A stretch of DNA of 64,000 nt, taken from positions 224,001-288,000 of the forward strand of contig OY781945.1 in assembly GCA_963677435.1 (NCBI GenBank), given 5' to 3'. This stretch comes from an uncultured Aliarcobacter sp. Its GTDB lineage: Bacteria > Campylobacterota > Campylobacteria > Campylobacterales > Arcobacteraceae. Position numbers and translations under genes: made by a program. Positions 50,146-61,174 of the stretch are shown one piece after another. Position 1 is the first letter of the stretch; each line of letters starts with the position of its first letter. Under the pieces are notes generated by a model. That model was not told where the DNA came from. It searched no databases and saw nothing but the letters and a program-made list of their open reading frames with translations.

Positions 50146-50541
50146 ATGAAAAGTATAAAAATACAAACAAACGAACCAACAAGTGGAACTGTTAGAATTG
50201 CTTTTGCTACAAGTGATTTAGAAAATATTGACTCACACTTTGGAAGTGCAAAGCAATTTGCAGTTTATGAAGTAGGTAAAGAGACAACTACTGTTTGTGA
50301 AATCATAAAGATTGAAGATAAAGATACTGATAAAACTGTTGAATTATTAAAAGGTATAGACATTGTTTATTTTACAAATATTGGTGCAATTGCTGCTGCC
50401 AAGATTATAAACAATGGAATATTTCCTATTAAATACAAAGATGTAGTTTCAATTGAAGAAGAAATTAAAAAATTGACAACTATGTTAAATACAAATCCAC
50501 CTCCATTTATTAAAAAAATTATTGAAAAAAAGGCTGCCTAA
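50146..50541 (+). CDS. nifX: NifX
   Basis: IAFATSD..IDSHFG, IGAIAA, NPPPF. Confidence 0.85.
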   Translation: MKSIKIQTNEPTSGTVRIAFATSDLENIDSHFGSAKQFAVYEVGKETTTVCEIIKIEDKDTDKTVELLKGIDIVYFTNIGAIAAAKIINNGIFPIKYKDVVSIEEEIKKLTTMLNTNPPPFIKKIIEKKAA

Positions 50542-50542
50542 T

Positions 50543-50974
50543 ATGGATGCTAAAAAACTATTTATTGAAACTTTAGTAGGACAAGTAAGAGCTTTAGACC
50601 AATTTGGAACTTGGGCAAGTAAAAGCAATGAAGAACTATTACAAGAAAAATATATCAGAACAAAAGAAGATTTAAAAAATATTCCTATTATTGCGGATAT
50701 TGATGAAATGCAAATCAAAGATATAAGACTTATTTTCCAAGCAGTTGCACTTGCATTTGAAAAAATAACAGGTGTTATGGCTTCTGTTGTAATGGAAATG
50801 AGTCATGAAGGATTTGGAAGAGTTGTAGTTTTCGCAGGGAAAATTGTACTTTGTGAAAAATTCTTCAAAGATGCCCACAGATACTCTTTTAGAGAGTATT
50901 CAAAATTAGAAGAAGAGGGTGAAAAATTTCTTCTAAATGCACAAGAAACTTACGAAAAGTATAAAAACATTTAA
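50543..50974 (+). CDS. NifX-associated protein (DUF269-like)
   Basis: RALDQFGTW, MSHEGFGR, DAHRYSF; start reset to 50543. Confidence 0.85.
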   Translation: MDAKKLFIETLVGQVRALDQFGTWASKSNEELLQEKYIRTKEDLKNIPIIADIDEMQIKDIRLIFQAVALAFEKITGVMASVVMEMSHEGFGRVVVFAGKIVLCEKFFKDAHRYSFREYSKLEEEGEKFLLNAQETYEKYKNI

Positions 50975-50983
50975 GGATTAAAG

Positions 50984-51499
50984 ATGTCAAGTATTGGAAT
51001 ATTTTGTGGAACTGCTGGTGGAACTTCAATGGCTATTGCAAAAGCACTAGCAAAAGAGTTTGATGTTGATGAAATCATAAATATGGAAGAAGATTTTGAC
51101 AATGTTGATCAACTTTTGGAATATGATGTTTTATTTTTAGGAAGTTCAACTTGGGGACAAGGTGATGTTCATCACTCTTGGGTTGATCCAATTTTAGAAA
51201 TTGAATCTGATAATGTTGATTTTTCAGGAAAAACTGTTGCATTTTTTGGAGCAGGGGATTGTGTGAAACATGGAGAACATTTCTGTTCAGCACTAGGAAA
51301 ACTTTACAAAACATTCACAAAAGCTGGAGCAAATGCAGTTGGATTTGTTCCATTAGATGGATATAAATATGAGTTCTCTTTATCTCAAATGGATGACAAA
51401 CTTTGTGGTTTAGCAATTGATAACCACAATGAAAAAGCTAAGACTAAAGAGAGAATTAAAAACTGGATTGAAACATTAAAAGATGAAGTAGACTTATAA
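50984..51499 (+). CDS. Long-chain flavodoxin (NifF-like)
   Basis: GTAGGTS, STWGQG, FGAGD, GLAID. Confidence 0.9.
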   Translation: MSSIGIFCGTAGGTSMAIAKALAKEFDVDEIINMEEDFDNVDQLLEYDVLFLGSSTWGQGDVHHSWVDPILEIESDNVDFSGKTVAFFGAGDCVKHGEHFCSALGKLYKTFTKAGANAVGFVPLDGYKYEFSLSQMDDKLCGLAIDNHNEKAKTKERIKNWIETLKDEVDL

Positions 51500-51513
51500 A
51501 AAAAGGATATGAA

Positions 51514-51855
51514 ATGCAAAGTGTAAATGATTTTTATAAACTAAGAGATACAGAAGATTTTTTTAATTTTTTTGATCTTGAATATGATCAAAAGTTAATT
51601 AATGTAAAAAGATTTCATATGATGAAAGAGTATGGAAGTCTAATTAAAAAAGGTCTTGATTCTATTTCAGATGAAAATAAACTTTTAGAATTTCTAAAAT
51701 TCTCACTACTTAGAGTTTATGGTGACTATAAAACTGGTCACTCTCCAAGTGCTGCTGATGTTTGGAATATGTATGAAACTGGAAAGCTAGATGGTTGTTC
51801 ATCATGTGGAACAAGTACTACAGGAACTACTCAAGGAGGAAGTTGTGGGTGTTAA
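51514..51855 (+). CDS. nifW: Nitrogenase-stabilising protein NifW
   Basis: EDFFNFF..YD....VKRFH. Confidence 0.85.
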   Translation: MQSVNDFYKLRDTEDFFNFFDLEYDQKLINVKRFHMMKEYGSLIKKGLDSISDENKLLEFLKFSLLRVYGDYKTGHSPSAADVWNMYETGKLDGCSSCGTSTTGTTQGGSCGC

Positions 51856-52237
51856 TCATAAAGATATAGTTGATGCAGATACAATTTTACACGATAGTGT
51901 AACAGCATCAAGATCAGGTAGAGATGAAGATGAACCAAAATTTGGTATAGGTCAAAAAGTAAAACTTCTTGAAGATATAAAAAATGATGGAACTTATCCT
52001 CACGCTCCTGTGGGAACTATTATGGTTCAAGCAGGTGCCATTGGTTATATCAAATCAATTGGAGAGTTTTTACAAGTAATCAGAGTGTATGAAGTTCATT
52101 TTTTGGATTTAAATGCTCTTATTGAAGTAGTTGGTTGCCGGGAACACGAACTATTAGCAATGGAAGATTATAGAGATGAAGTTAAAGAAGAACTTGAATT
52201 CATGAGACAACATAGAGAAAAGTATTACTCAAAATAG
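51845..52237 (+). CDS. nifZ: NifZ
   Basis: PKF..GQKV, NDGTYP, G.FLQ, VGCREHEL; GTG 51845 after AGGAGG. Confidence 0.9.
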   Translation: MGVNHKDIVDADTILHDSVTASRSGRDEDEPKFGIGQKVKLLEDIKNDGTYPHAPVGTIMVQAGAIGYIKSIGEFLQVIRVYEVHFLDLNALIEVVGCREHELLAMEDYRDEVKEELEFMRQHREKYYSK

Positions 52238-52245
52238 TTTTCATT

Positions 52246-52289
52246 CAAGCCAAGTGAAAGAGTTTAAATGAACCTTTTCACTTGGCTTG
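52246..52289 (+). other. Strong intergenic hairpin
   Basis: CAAGCCAAGTGAAA / TTTCACTTGGCTTG, 14-bp perfect stem. Confidence 0.7.
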
Positions 52290-52341
52290 GTGATCTTATT
52301 TTAGTAAACAAGTCTATTAAAAAGTAGTAAGGAGGAAAAGT

Positions 52342-52686
52342 ATGGCAAAAGTGATTTTTATGCATTTTGACACGGTAACTGATGGGGTATATGATGCCAA
52401 AACTGGTGAACCAATTGTTAGGTTAGCAAAAGAGAAGAATGTACCAATTCCATTTGCAACTGATGGTGATTATTCTAAGTGTTTAATTTATGTTGAAAAC
52501 TTAAGTGAAGAAGAACCAACAAGTTATATGGAAGATGAGGAGTTAGATATTTTAGTTAAACTTGGAGCAATAACTGCAAGTGAAGCTGAACAATGTCAAC
52601 AATTTACAATCAGTCCAAAAGTAAGAATTGCGCCTATGATGTTAATCAAAGGTGATATTTTAGTAAAACCATTTAAATTAAAATAA
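52342..52686 (+). CDS. FeSII (Shethna)-like ferredoxin-fold protein lacking most cluster cysteines
   Basis: VPIPFATDGDYSKCL in place of IPF.C.DG.C..CL; RIAPM in place of RLACQ; long central helical insert. Confidence 0.7.
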   Translation: MAKVIFMHFDTVTDGVYDAKTGEPIVRLAKEKNVPIPFATDGDYSKCLIYVENLSEEEPTSYMEDEELDILVKLGAITASEAEQCQQFTISPKVRIAPMMLIKGDILVKPFKLK

Positions 52687-52696
52687 GGGAAATAAG

Positions 52697-52993
52697 ATGA
52701 CAACAAGAGTAGAAATCGTAAATGACTTTTTAGCAATTAATGTAAAACCAGGAAGTACAATTCAAGATGTTGTTGAAGCATCTGGTTCAGCTTTACCATT
52801 TGGTTGTAGAGATGGTGAATGTGGAACATGTTTAGTTTCAATTGAGCAAGGTATGGAATTTATCTCTGAAATCAATGAAAAAGAGAAAAAAGTTATTGCT
52901 GAAGCTGGAGCTGGGATGAATATAGAAAAAGCAAGATTATCTTGTCAAATGAAAATAGTTAAACCAAACGGTGTAATTAGAATTAAGTATTAA
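52697..52993 (+). CDS. [2Fe-2S] ferredoxin
   Basis: PFGCRDGECGTC...RLSCQ. Confidence 0.93.
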   Translation: MTTRVEIVNDFLAINVKPGSTIQDVVEASGSALPFGCRDGECGTCLVSIEQGMEFISEINEKEKKVIAEAGAGMNIEKARLSCQMKIVKPNGVIRIKY

Positions 52994-53046
52994 AAAATAT
53001 ACTAAGGAATGTCCAAATTCTTTTAGAATTTGGGCAAAATAATATT

Positions 53047-54294
53047 ATGGCACAAACACTTTCAATATCAACTGCTCAAAAGCAGAATTTAAATCTATCA
53101 TTAAAGTTGTGGCTTCCAATGCTACAAACATCTATCCAAGATTTAGAATCGTACTTGACAAATTTGTCATACGAAAATCCTTTTTTGGAAGTAACAAAAT
53201 CAAAAGACTTTTATAGTAACTTTACCTCAAATGGCACAAGTGGAGAGTTTATTGAATCCCTAGCTTTTTATTCAAAATCTTTGAATGATAAAATTAGTGA
53301 ACAAATTGAAAATGAAGCACTATTTCCAACACCAAACTCACAAAAAGTTGCACTTGAAATCTTGTGTGATATCGATGAAAATGGATATTTTGATGGAGAT
53401 ATAGAAAAAATAGCAAATACTTGTAATGTATATAAAGAGTATGTAGAATCAATTAGACAAAGATTTGCAAGATTAGAACCAAGTGGAATTGGAGCTAGAA
53501 ATCTTCAAGAGTCTTTCTTATTTCAATTAGATTCATTTGATAGAAAAATTGATGATGAATTATATAATTTCACAAAAAAAATCATAAAAGATATTGCACA
53601 TGTTGATAAATATGCAGGACATCATAGATTTAATGATGCAAAAGATATTATTAAATATTTTAATAATCCACCCGCAATTGATTATATCAATGATAATGTT
53701 CAAGTTGTTCCTGATTTTTTCATAGAGATCAATGAAGACATTGATATAAAAATAAATAATGCTTATTATCCAGATATAAAAGTAAAAAATCCATTTATTA
53801 CGAAAAATGAAAATATAAAAGAGAAACTAAAAGAAGCAAAAGATTTAGTAAATTTATTGAATTTACGAAAATCAACCCTTTATAAAATTGTTTTAATTAT
53901 TGTTGAAAAACAGATATCTTTTTTTGTTGGAGGAGAGTTAAAACCTTTTTCTATGCAAGAAATAGCAGCTGAATTAGGATTTGCAGAATCAACAATAAGT
54001 AGGGCAGTAGCAAACAAATATGTAGAATGTAACTTGGGAATTTTCCCACTTAAATTCTTTTTTTCAAATGCTGTTGATAAGGATTTATCTTCATCACAAA
54101 TTAAAAGTTATATAAAAAGTCTTGTTGATTATGAAGATAAAGAGACTCCTTTAACTGATGAATCAATATTAGAATTTATTGAAACTAAATTTGGTTTAAA
54201 AATGGTTAGAAGAACAATTACTAAATATAGAAAGATATTAGATATACCATCTTCTAAAGAGAGAAAAAAATTATATAAGGTTGAAAATTTATAA
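53047..54294 (+). CDS. rpoN: RNA polymerase sigma-54 factor
   Basis: ENPFLE, EPSGIGAR, ESTISRA, RpoN box RRTITKYR. Confidence 0.95.
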   Translation: MAQTLSISTAQKQNLNLSLKLWLPMLQTSIQDLESYLTNLSYENPFLEVTKSKDFYSNFTSNGTSGEFIESLAFYSKSLNDKISEQIENEALFPTPNSQKVALEILCDIDENGYFDGDIEKIANTCNVYKEYVESIRQRFARLEPSGIGARNLQESFLFQLDSFDRKIDDELYNFTKKIIKDIAHVDKYAGHHRFNDAKDIIKYFNNPPAIDYINDNVQVVPDFFIEINEDIDIKINNAYYPDIKVKNPFITKNENIKEKLKEAKDLVNLLNLRKSTLYKIVLIIVEKQISFFVGGELKPFSMQEIAAELGFAESTISRAVANKYVECNLGIFPLKFFFSNAVDKDLSSSQIKSYIKSLVDYEDKETPLTDESILEFIETKFGLKMVRRTITKYRKILDIPSSKERKKLYKVENL

Positions 54295-54488
54295 ATTCTT
54301 CACTTAATACATATACACTAAAATACCAATAAAAAAATAATATTTTAATGATATTTAAGATATTAATTATTTTTTTACTATAAAATAAAAAATGATACCA
54401 TTTTAATACACTTTATCACTATTATTTTAAAATAACATTATCATTAAGATGATACTCATTTTAATAATAATAATTCAAGGAGATTATT

Positions 54489-55949
54489 ATGTTTAATATT
54501 GGAAAGACAGAAGAAGAAAAAGCACGATTAGTTGCAATGGATGAAAACTTTGCAATTATTTCATTTAAACCAGATGGTACAATTATACACGCAAATGATA
54601 ATTTTTTAAATGTACTAGGTTATACACAAAATGAAGTAGTTGGTAATCATCATAGAATGTTTTGTAAAAAAGAGTACACAAATTCACAAGCATATAGTGA
54701 TTTTTGGAAAAACTTAGCTGATGGAAAAGCTCAAATAGATGAGTTTGAAAGAATTCATAAAAATGGTAGTTCTGTTTGGATTCAAGCTTCATATACAACT
54801 GTAAAAAATAAAAGTGGAAAAGTTACAAGAGTTGTTAAATTTGCGCAAGATATTACTGAAGCTAAAAAAGTAATTGATGCTGTAAAAAAAGCTATTGAGT
54901 TGGCAAAAACAGGAATTATGAAACAAACAATAATTGAAACAACTAAAAATGAAGGAATAGAAGCACTTAAAAATGGTGTTAATGATTTATTTGGAATTGT
55001 ATCTTCTAAAGTTGATGGTGATTTAAATAAAATATCTGAAGCTTTATCATTTTATCAAAAGTTAGACTTTAGACATAGAATTACAGGAAATAATTTAGGA
55101 GCAGTATCAGAAGGACTAAATAACTTTGCTAATGTTGTAAATGATATGTTAGTAGAAAATAAATCAAATGGATTAACTCTTGATGAGGGTTCAGATTTAC
55201 TTTTAGCAAATGTTGATAAATTAAATATTAGCTCAAATGAAGCAGCAGCATCACTTGAAGAAACAGCAGCAGCATTAGAAGAGATTACTTCAAATATTAG
55301 AAATAATACGCAAAATATTCAAAAAATGGCTACTTATTCAAATAGTGTTACAAAATCTGCACATGATGGGGAAAAATTAGCAAATCAAACAACAGTTGCT
55401 ATGGAAGAGATAAATGTTCAAGTAAATTCAATAAATGAAGCAATTAGTGTAATTGACCAAATAGCTTTCCAAACAAATATTCTTTCTTTAAATGCAGCAG
55501 TAGAAGCAGCAACTGCAGGAGAAGCTGGAAAAGGATTTGCAGTAGTTGCAGCAGAAGTGCGAAATCTAGCAAGTAGAAGTGCAGAAGCAGCAAAAGAGAT
55601 AAAAAATATAGTGGGAAATGCAACTTCTAAAGCGAATCAAGGTAAAGAAATAGCAAATCATATGATAAATGGATATAAAGAATTAAATCAAAATATTCAA
55701 CAAACAATAAATCTAATTCAAGATATAGAGATGTCAAGTAAAGAACAGCTTACAGGAATTGAACAAATTAATGATGCTGTAAATAGCCTTGATCAACAAA
55801 CTCAACAAAATGCAGCAGTAGCATCACAAACTCATGATGTAGCACTGACAACAGACAGTATTGCGAAACTTATTGTTTCAAGTGCAAATGAAAAAGAGTT
55901 TATTGGTAAAAATGAAGTTAAATCAAAAGAAATAAAGTTGAAAAAATAA
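54489..55949 (+). CDS. Soluble PAS-domain methyl-accepting chemotaxis protein
   Basis: N-terminal PAS (HHRMFC, FW..L, WIQASY) plus MCP signalling domain. Confidence 0.92.
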   Translation: MFNIGKTEEEKARLVAMDENFAIISFKPDGTIIHANDNFLNVLGYTQNEVVGNHHRMFCKKEYTNSQAYSDFWKNLADGKAQIDEFERIHKNGSSVWIQASYTTVKNKSGKVTRVVKFAQDITEAKKVIDAVKKAIELAKTGIMKQTIIETTKNEGIEALKNGVNDLFGIVSSKVDGDLNKISEALSFYQKLDFRHRITGNNLGAVSEGLNNFANVVNDMLVENKSNGLTLDEGSDLLLANVDKLNISSNEAAASLEETAAALEEITSNIRNNTQNIQKMATYSNSVTKSAHDGEKLANQTTVAMEEINVQVNSINEAISVIDQIAFQTNILSLNAAVEAATAGEAGKGFAVVAAEVRNLASRSAEAAKEIKNIVGNATSKANQGKEIANHMINGYKELNQNIQQTINLIQDIEMSSKEQLTGIEQINDAVNSLDQQTQQNAAVASQTHDVALTTDSIAKLIVSSANEKEFIGKNEVKSKEIKLKK

Positions 55950-55979
55950 AAAGAGAAAGCATTAAGAGCTTTCCTTTTT
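55950..55979 (+). terminator. Probable terminator after the MCP gene
   Basis: GAAAGC-attaaga-GCTTTC followed by a T run. Confidence 0.55.
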
Positions 55980-56089
55980 ATAAAAATTAATTGTAACAAG
56001 AGGAAAAAGCTCAAAAAAATACAAAACATATAAGAAAATAAAAAAATTATAGGATAATTAGTATCTTATTTATATATAATAACGATTAT

Positions 56090-57523
56090 ATGGAAAGGAT
56101 TTCTATGGATACTCAAAAAATAAATCTATTATCTACTTTATTTAATGAATCCCTTGATGCCATTTTAATCTTAGATTTAAAAACACAAAAATTTATCTTA
56201 TCTAATCAAAAAGCTTTAGAATTATATAACTACACAGAAGAAGAGATCAAACAAATCACTCCCAAAGATTTAACTTTAGAATTTATGACAAATGAAGAAA
56301 TGCAAAAAAGACAAAAAAATATTGTAGAAAAAGGCTGGGATAGATTTACAACTAAACATAAAACAAAAGAGGGAAAAGCCCTAGATGTTTTAATCAAAAG
56401 TAAAAAAGTTGAACTTAATCCAGAATCTCCATTATTATATATTACAATTATTAATTTAACTAAAGAGAGAAAAACAGAGCAAGAGTTTGAGACAATATTT
56501 TATAGCTCAAAAGATGGAATTGCAACTATTGATTTAAATGGTAACTTGATAAAATTTAATGATTCATTTAAACAATTAAGTGAATATTCTTACAAAGAGC
56601 TCATTAATATTCCAGTATTTAAGTTATTTCCACAAAATAGTGAAGAAAAAATCAAAGAACTTATAAATCAAGTAATAAAAGAAAAATATATAGAAAATTT
56701 TGAAACTACATTTATTACAAAATATGAAAAATCAATGATTATTTATATTACAATGAATTTAATGCCAAATCAAAAAGAGATTTTATTAATTATCAAAAAT
56801 TTTACTCTTTTAAAGCTTATTGAATTAGAGAAAAAATTTAGATCATTAAATGAATTAATTCAAAATATTTCACATCAATGGAAACAACCATTAAGTACAA
56901 TTTCAATTATTGCAAGTGGAATTAAACTACAAAATGAACTAAATTTATATGATGTTTCAAATATAGATAAAGATATGAACAAAATTGTAGAAATTACAAA
57001 TTATTTATCAAATATCATTAATAATTTTGATGATATGGCTTTTGAAAATCTTGAGAAATCTTATAGTATTTGCCAACTAATCAATGAAGTTTTGCATGAT
57101 ATGAAAAAGGATTTCAATAAAAATGATATAGAAATTATTATAAACAATAAAGTTGATAATAAAATTTATATAGATAAATTTAAATTCTCAGAAGCAATTA
57201 AAAATATTCTAAATAATTCAATTGAAGCATTTATTGAAACTAATGTTGATAATAGAGTAATTATTATAAAAACTGAAGATATAGACAATCATCTTAATTT
57301 GAAAATCCAAGATAATGCAGGAGGAGTTGATGAAAAGATACTTCCTAAAATACTTGAACCATATTTCACAACAAAACATCAAAGCCAAGGGACAGGATTA
57401 GGATTAACAAATGCATATAAAACCATTGTAGAAATGCATAAATACTTATTAACTTTTGATAATAGTGAAATGACCTATGATAATAAAAGATATAAAGGCT
57501 TAACTGTAACTATTACTTTTTAG
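56090..57523 (+). CDS. Soluble PAS-PAS histidine kinase (orphan in this window)
   Basis: Two PAS domains, ISHQWKQPL H-box, DNAGG, PYFTTK, GTGLGL. Confidence 0.9.
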   Translation: MERISMDTQKINLLSTLFNESLDAILILDLKTQKFILSNQKALELYNYTEEEIKQITPKDLTLEFMTNEEMQKRQKNIVEKGWDRFTTKHKTKEGKALDVLIKSKKVELNPESPLLYITIINLTKERKTEQEFETIFYSSKDGIATIDLNGNLIKFNDSFKQLSEYSYKELINIPVFKLFPQNSEEKIKELINQVIKEKYIENFETTFITKYEKSMIIYITMNLMPNQKEILLIIKNFTLLKLIELEKKFRSLNELIQNISHQWKQPLSTISIIASGIKLQNELNLYDVSNIDKDMNKIVEITNYLSNIINNFDDMAFENLEKSYSICQLINEVLHDMKKDFNKNDIEIIINNKVDNKIYIDKFKFSEAIKNILNNSIEAFIETNVDNRVIIIKTEDIDNHLNLKIQDNAGGVDEKILPKILEPYFTTKHQSQGTGLGLTNAYKTIVEMHKYLLTFDNSEMTYDNKRYKGLTVTITF

Positions 57524-57531
57524 TAGGAATT

Positions 57532-58776
57532 CTATAAAAGAAATCCTACTGCTATTGTTAAAACTCCTAAAATCATAAGTAAAACAAAACTTGTGATTGT
57601 TTTATCTTTTCCAAACCACAAAGTATAAATTGATTTTAAAATATTATTACTTCCTGCTGATATGATAATAGCAGATGCGATGTGTGAAGGTTCGATTGTA
57701 TATTTACCTGTTAAAAGAGATAAGATAAATGGGTCAATATCTGTAAAGCCCACAATTGTTGACAAAAACTGCAAACCACTAGTTCCATAATTTTGAATAA
57801 CAAAATTTGTAATCATCATTGTAATAACAAACAAAAATGCAAAAATAAATGCCGTTCCTAATTCAAGTGGGTTTGAATCTTTTATCTCAAAATTACCCAC
57901 AACTCTTGATGCTTTTTTATAATAAACATAAGTAGTAATACCTGTTAAAAGAATAAAAAACAAAAATGGTAACAAAATTGTTTTTGCAACTTCCATATTA
58001 AAAATAGCAGAAATTGCAAGAATTCTTATGTACATCATAGAAGTTGCTGCAACAATTGCCGCAGTTATAATGTGATTTTTTTCTAAAGTTTGAGCTTTTT
58101 TTGATAAAACAACTGTCGTTGCTGTTGAAGAGTATGTTCCTCCAATTAAACCTGTTAAAAAAATACCTTTTGATGGAAATAGATATTTTTGAACAATATA
58201 TCCAGCATATGAAATAGCAGAAATCACAACAACTGTTAACCATATTTTATAAAGAGAGATACCTAAATATGGGATTAATTTATCTTGAGGAAGTAATGGC
58301 AGAACAACAGATGAAAGTAAAACCATTTTCCCTAAAGTTTCAAATTCATAAATATTTATTTTCATATTAAAACTTAAGAACTTTTTCTTTGCATTTAATA
58401 AAAATATCGTTGATACAAAGATTAAAGAAGGAAACCAAAAAGGGAAAAGATTTGATAAAGGACCAAAACTATAAACTAACATTAAAACCAAATATAAAAC
58501 TATACTATGCTTCTTTTCATTTAATGATTTATAATAAAATAGTGTAAAAAGTAAAGAGATTCCAATAAATCCAACAATATAAACAGAAAAATTAATTGGT
58601 TCAATTTTATATAAAACGAATCCTAAAATACCCACAAAAGTGTATGTTCTAGCTGTTCCAAAAAACTCTTTATCATTTGGATGAAAGGTTAATTTATAAG
58701 CTCTTAATTCCAATCCTATTAAAAAACTATATACAATAGTTAAAATAAAATGTGTTAATAAAGAATCTAAAATCAT
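57532..58776 (-). CDS. MgtC/SapB plus DUF4010-type membrane protein
   Basis: IGLE, GTART, GGTYSSTATT, GFTDID. Confidence 0.85.
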   Translation of the reverse strand: MILDSLLTHFILTIVYSFLIGLELRAYKLTFHPNDKEFFGTARTYTFVGILGFVLYKIEPINFSVYIVGFIGISLLFTLFYYKSLNEKKHSIVLYLVLMLVYSFGPLSNLFPFWFPSLIFVSTIFLLNAKKKFLSFNMKINIYEFETLGKMVLLSSVVLPLLPQDKLIPYLGISLYKIWLTVVVISAISYAGYIVQKYLFPSKGIFLTGLIGGTYSSTATTVVLSKKAQTLEKNHIITAAIVAATSMMYIRILAISAIFNMEVAKTILLPFLFFILLTGITTYVYYKKASRVVGNFEIKDSNPLELGTAFIFAFLFVITMMITNFVIQNYGTSGLQFLSTIVGFTDIDPFILSLLTGKYTIEPSHIASAIIISAGSNNILKSIYTLWFGKDKTITSFVLLMILGVLTIAVGFLL

Positions 58777-59531
58777 TTTTTGATTAATCCTTTCTCATAA
58801 CAAATTGGGTCAAATTTACAAACAATATCCCTATCAAAAGCCAAAAGTTTTTCCTCTTTTTTAGCATAATCCATATTTGATAAAAAATGTTTTATTACAT
58901 TTATTCTAGCTTCTTTTTTATCATCAGCATTTACAACATACCAAGGAGCATAACTATATGAAGTTCGTATAAACATATCATCTCTAGCTTTTGAATATTC
59001 ATTCCAATATTCTTCTGCTTTTTGATCAATTGGGCTTATTTTCCATTGTTTTAAAGGATTTGTCTTTCTATCTTTTAATCTTTTCTTTTGTTCATCTTTT
59101 GAAATATCAAGATAATATTTAAAAAATATAATTCCTGAATGATTTAACATTTGTTCAAAATTGCTTACTTCATTAAAAAAAGATTTTAACTGTTTTGGAG
59201 TACAAAAATTCATTACTCTTTCAACACCAGCTCTGTTATACCAACTTCTATTAAATAAAATGATTTCTTGACATGAAGGTAAATGAGGGACATATCTTTG
59301 AAAATACCAAGATTTTTTTTCTTTATCTGTAGGTATTCCAAGAGCTATAGTTTTTACTTCCCTTGGACTTAAATGTTGTAAAAACCTTTTTATAACTCCA
59401 TCTTTTCCAGCTGAGTCTCGACCTTCAAAGATGATACAAACTTGTAAATCTTTTTCAATTACTTCTTTTTGGAACTTAACCAGTTCAACTTGTAAATCAT
59501 ATAACTCTTTTTTGTATTCTTTCTTTTTCAT
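58773..59531 (-). CDS. ppk2: Polyphosphate kinase 2
   Basis: FEGRDSAGKDG, WYFQRY, FNRSWY, WKISP. Confidence 0.95.
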   Translation of the reverse strand: MKKKEYKKELYDLQVELVKFQKEVIEKDLQVCIIFEGRDSAGKDGVIKRFLQHLSPREVKTIALGIPTDKEKKSWYFQRYVPHLPSCQEIILFNRSWYNRAGVERVMNFCTPKQLKSFFNEVSNFEQMLNHSGIIFFKYYLDISKDEQKKRLKDRKTNPLKQWKISPIDQKAEEYWNEYSKARDDMFIRTSYSYAPWYVVNADDKKEARINVIKHFLSNMDYAKKEEKLLAFDRDIVCKFDPICYEKGLIKK

Positions 59532-59774
59532 TTTAAACCTACATTTTATAAATAAACTACATCTATTTTATTTTTATATCTTAATTTTACTACTCTAATA
59601 CTATCTTAAAAATAAATTATTTGACATTTTAGGTATAGATATTTTTCTAAATTTACAAAAATATTTACAAAATTTGTATGAATAAAATCGGATAAAAAAT
59701 GTCTTGAAAATAAATTTCAAAATTTTTTTGCTCATAAAATATCGTATTTTAGGGCTTTCTTAAAAAAATTATAA

Positions 59775-60767
<993 letters not shown>

Positions 60768-60814
60768 TAATTTAGATTTAAAAATAAAATAAAAATAGTA
60801 GTAAGGAGAAAATT

Positions 60815-61174
60815 ATGTTTGTATGTGGATACCACTTTCCAGCGAGTGAAGGTAATAATGTAAGTTTTGAGAAAGTTATTGAAAAAGTAACTGAAGGTAT
60901 TGATGCTGCAGGGAAAACAGTAACTTTAACAAGTGAAACAAGAGAAGGTGTTAAATTAGAAACTTTAGAAGTTCCTGCTGATACTTTTTTACATACTGCA
61001 TTAGTTGATTATTATACAAATACTGAATGTGCAGAAAAAGATGGTTTCAAAATGGTTTATTATACAAATAAATACCAAATTTCTGAAATCTCAAAAAGCG
61101 TAGATGGTGATGTAACTAAAGCTGTTTGTAAAAAATTAGATGACATGAATCTATACAGAGTTAAAGTAGCGTAA
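60815..61174 (+). CDS. Hypothetical protein between nifH and nifD
   Basis: 119 aa; RBS-start AAGGAGAAAATTATG identical to that of nifD. Confidence 0.85.
   Translation: MFVCGYHFPASEGNNVSFEKVIEKVTEGIDAAGKTVTLTSETREGVKLETLEVPADTFLHTALVDYYTNTECAEKDGFKMVYYTNKYQISEISKSVDGDVTKAVCKKLDDMNLYRVKVA

Noticed and set aside
45600..55620. Near-identical DNA stretches around 45680 and 55460
   Set aside because: Conserved MCP signalling-domain coding sequence, not a mobile repeat
60815..61174. ORF as AnfG/VnfG of an alternative nitrogenase
   Set aside because: Those genes lie between D and K, and NifD here has Mo-type HCYRS and MHSWDY motifs with nifEN and nifQ present
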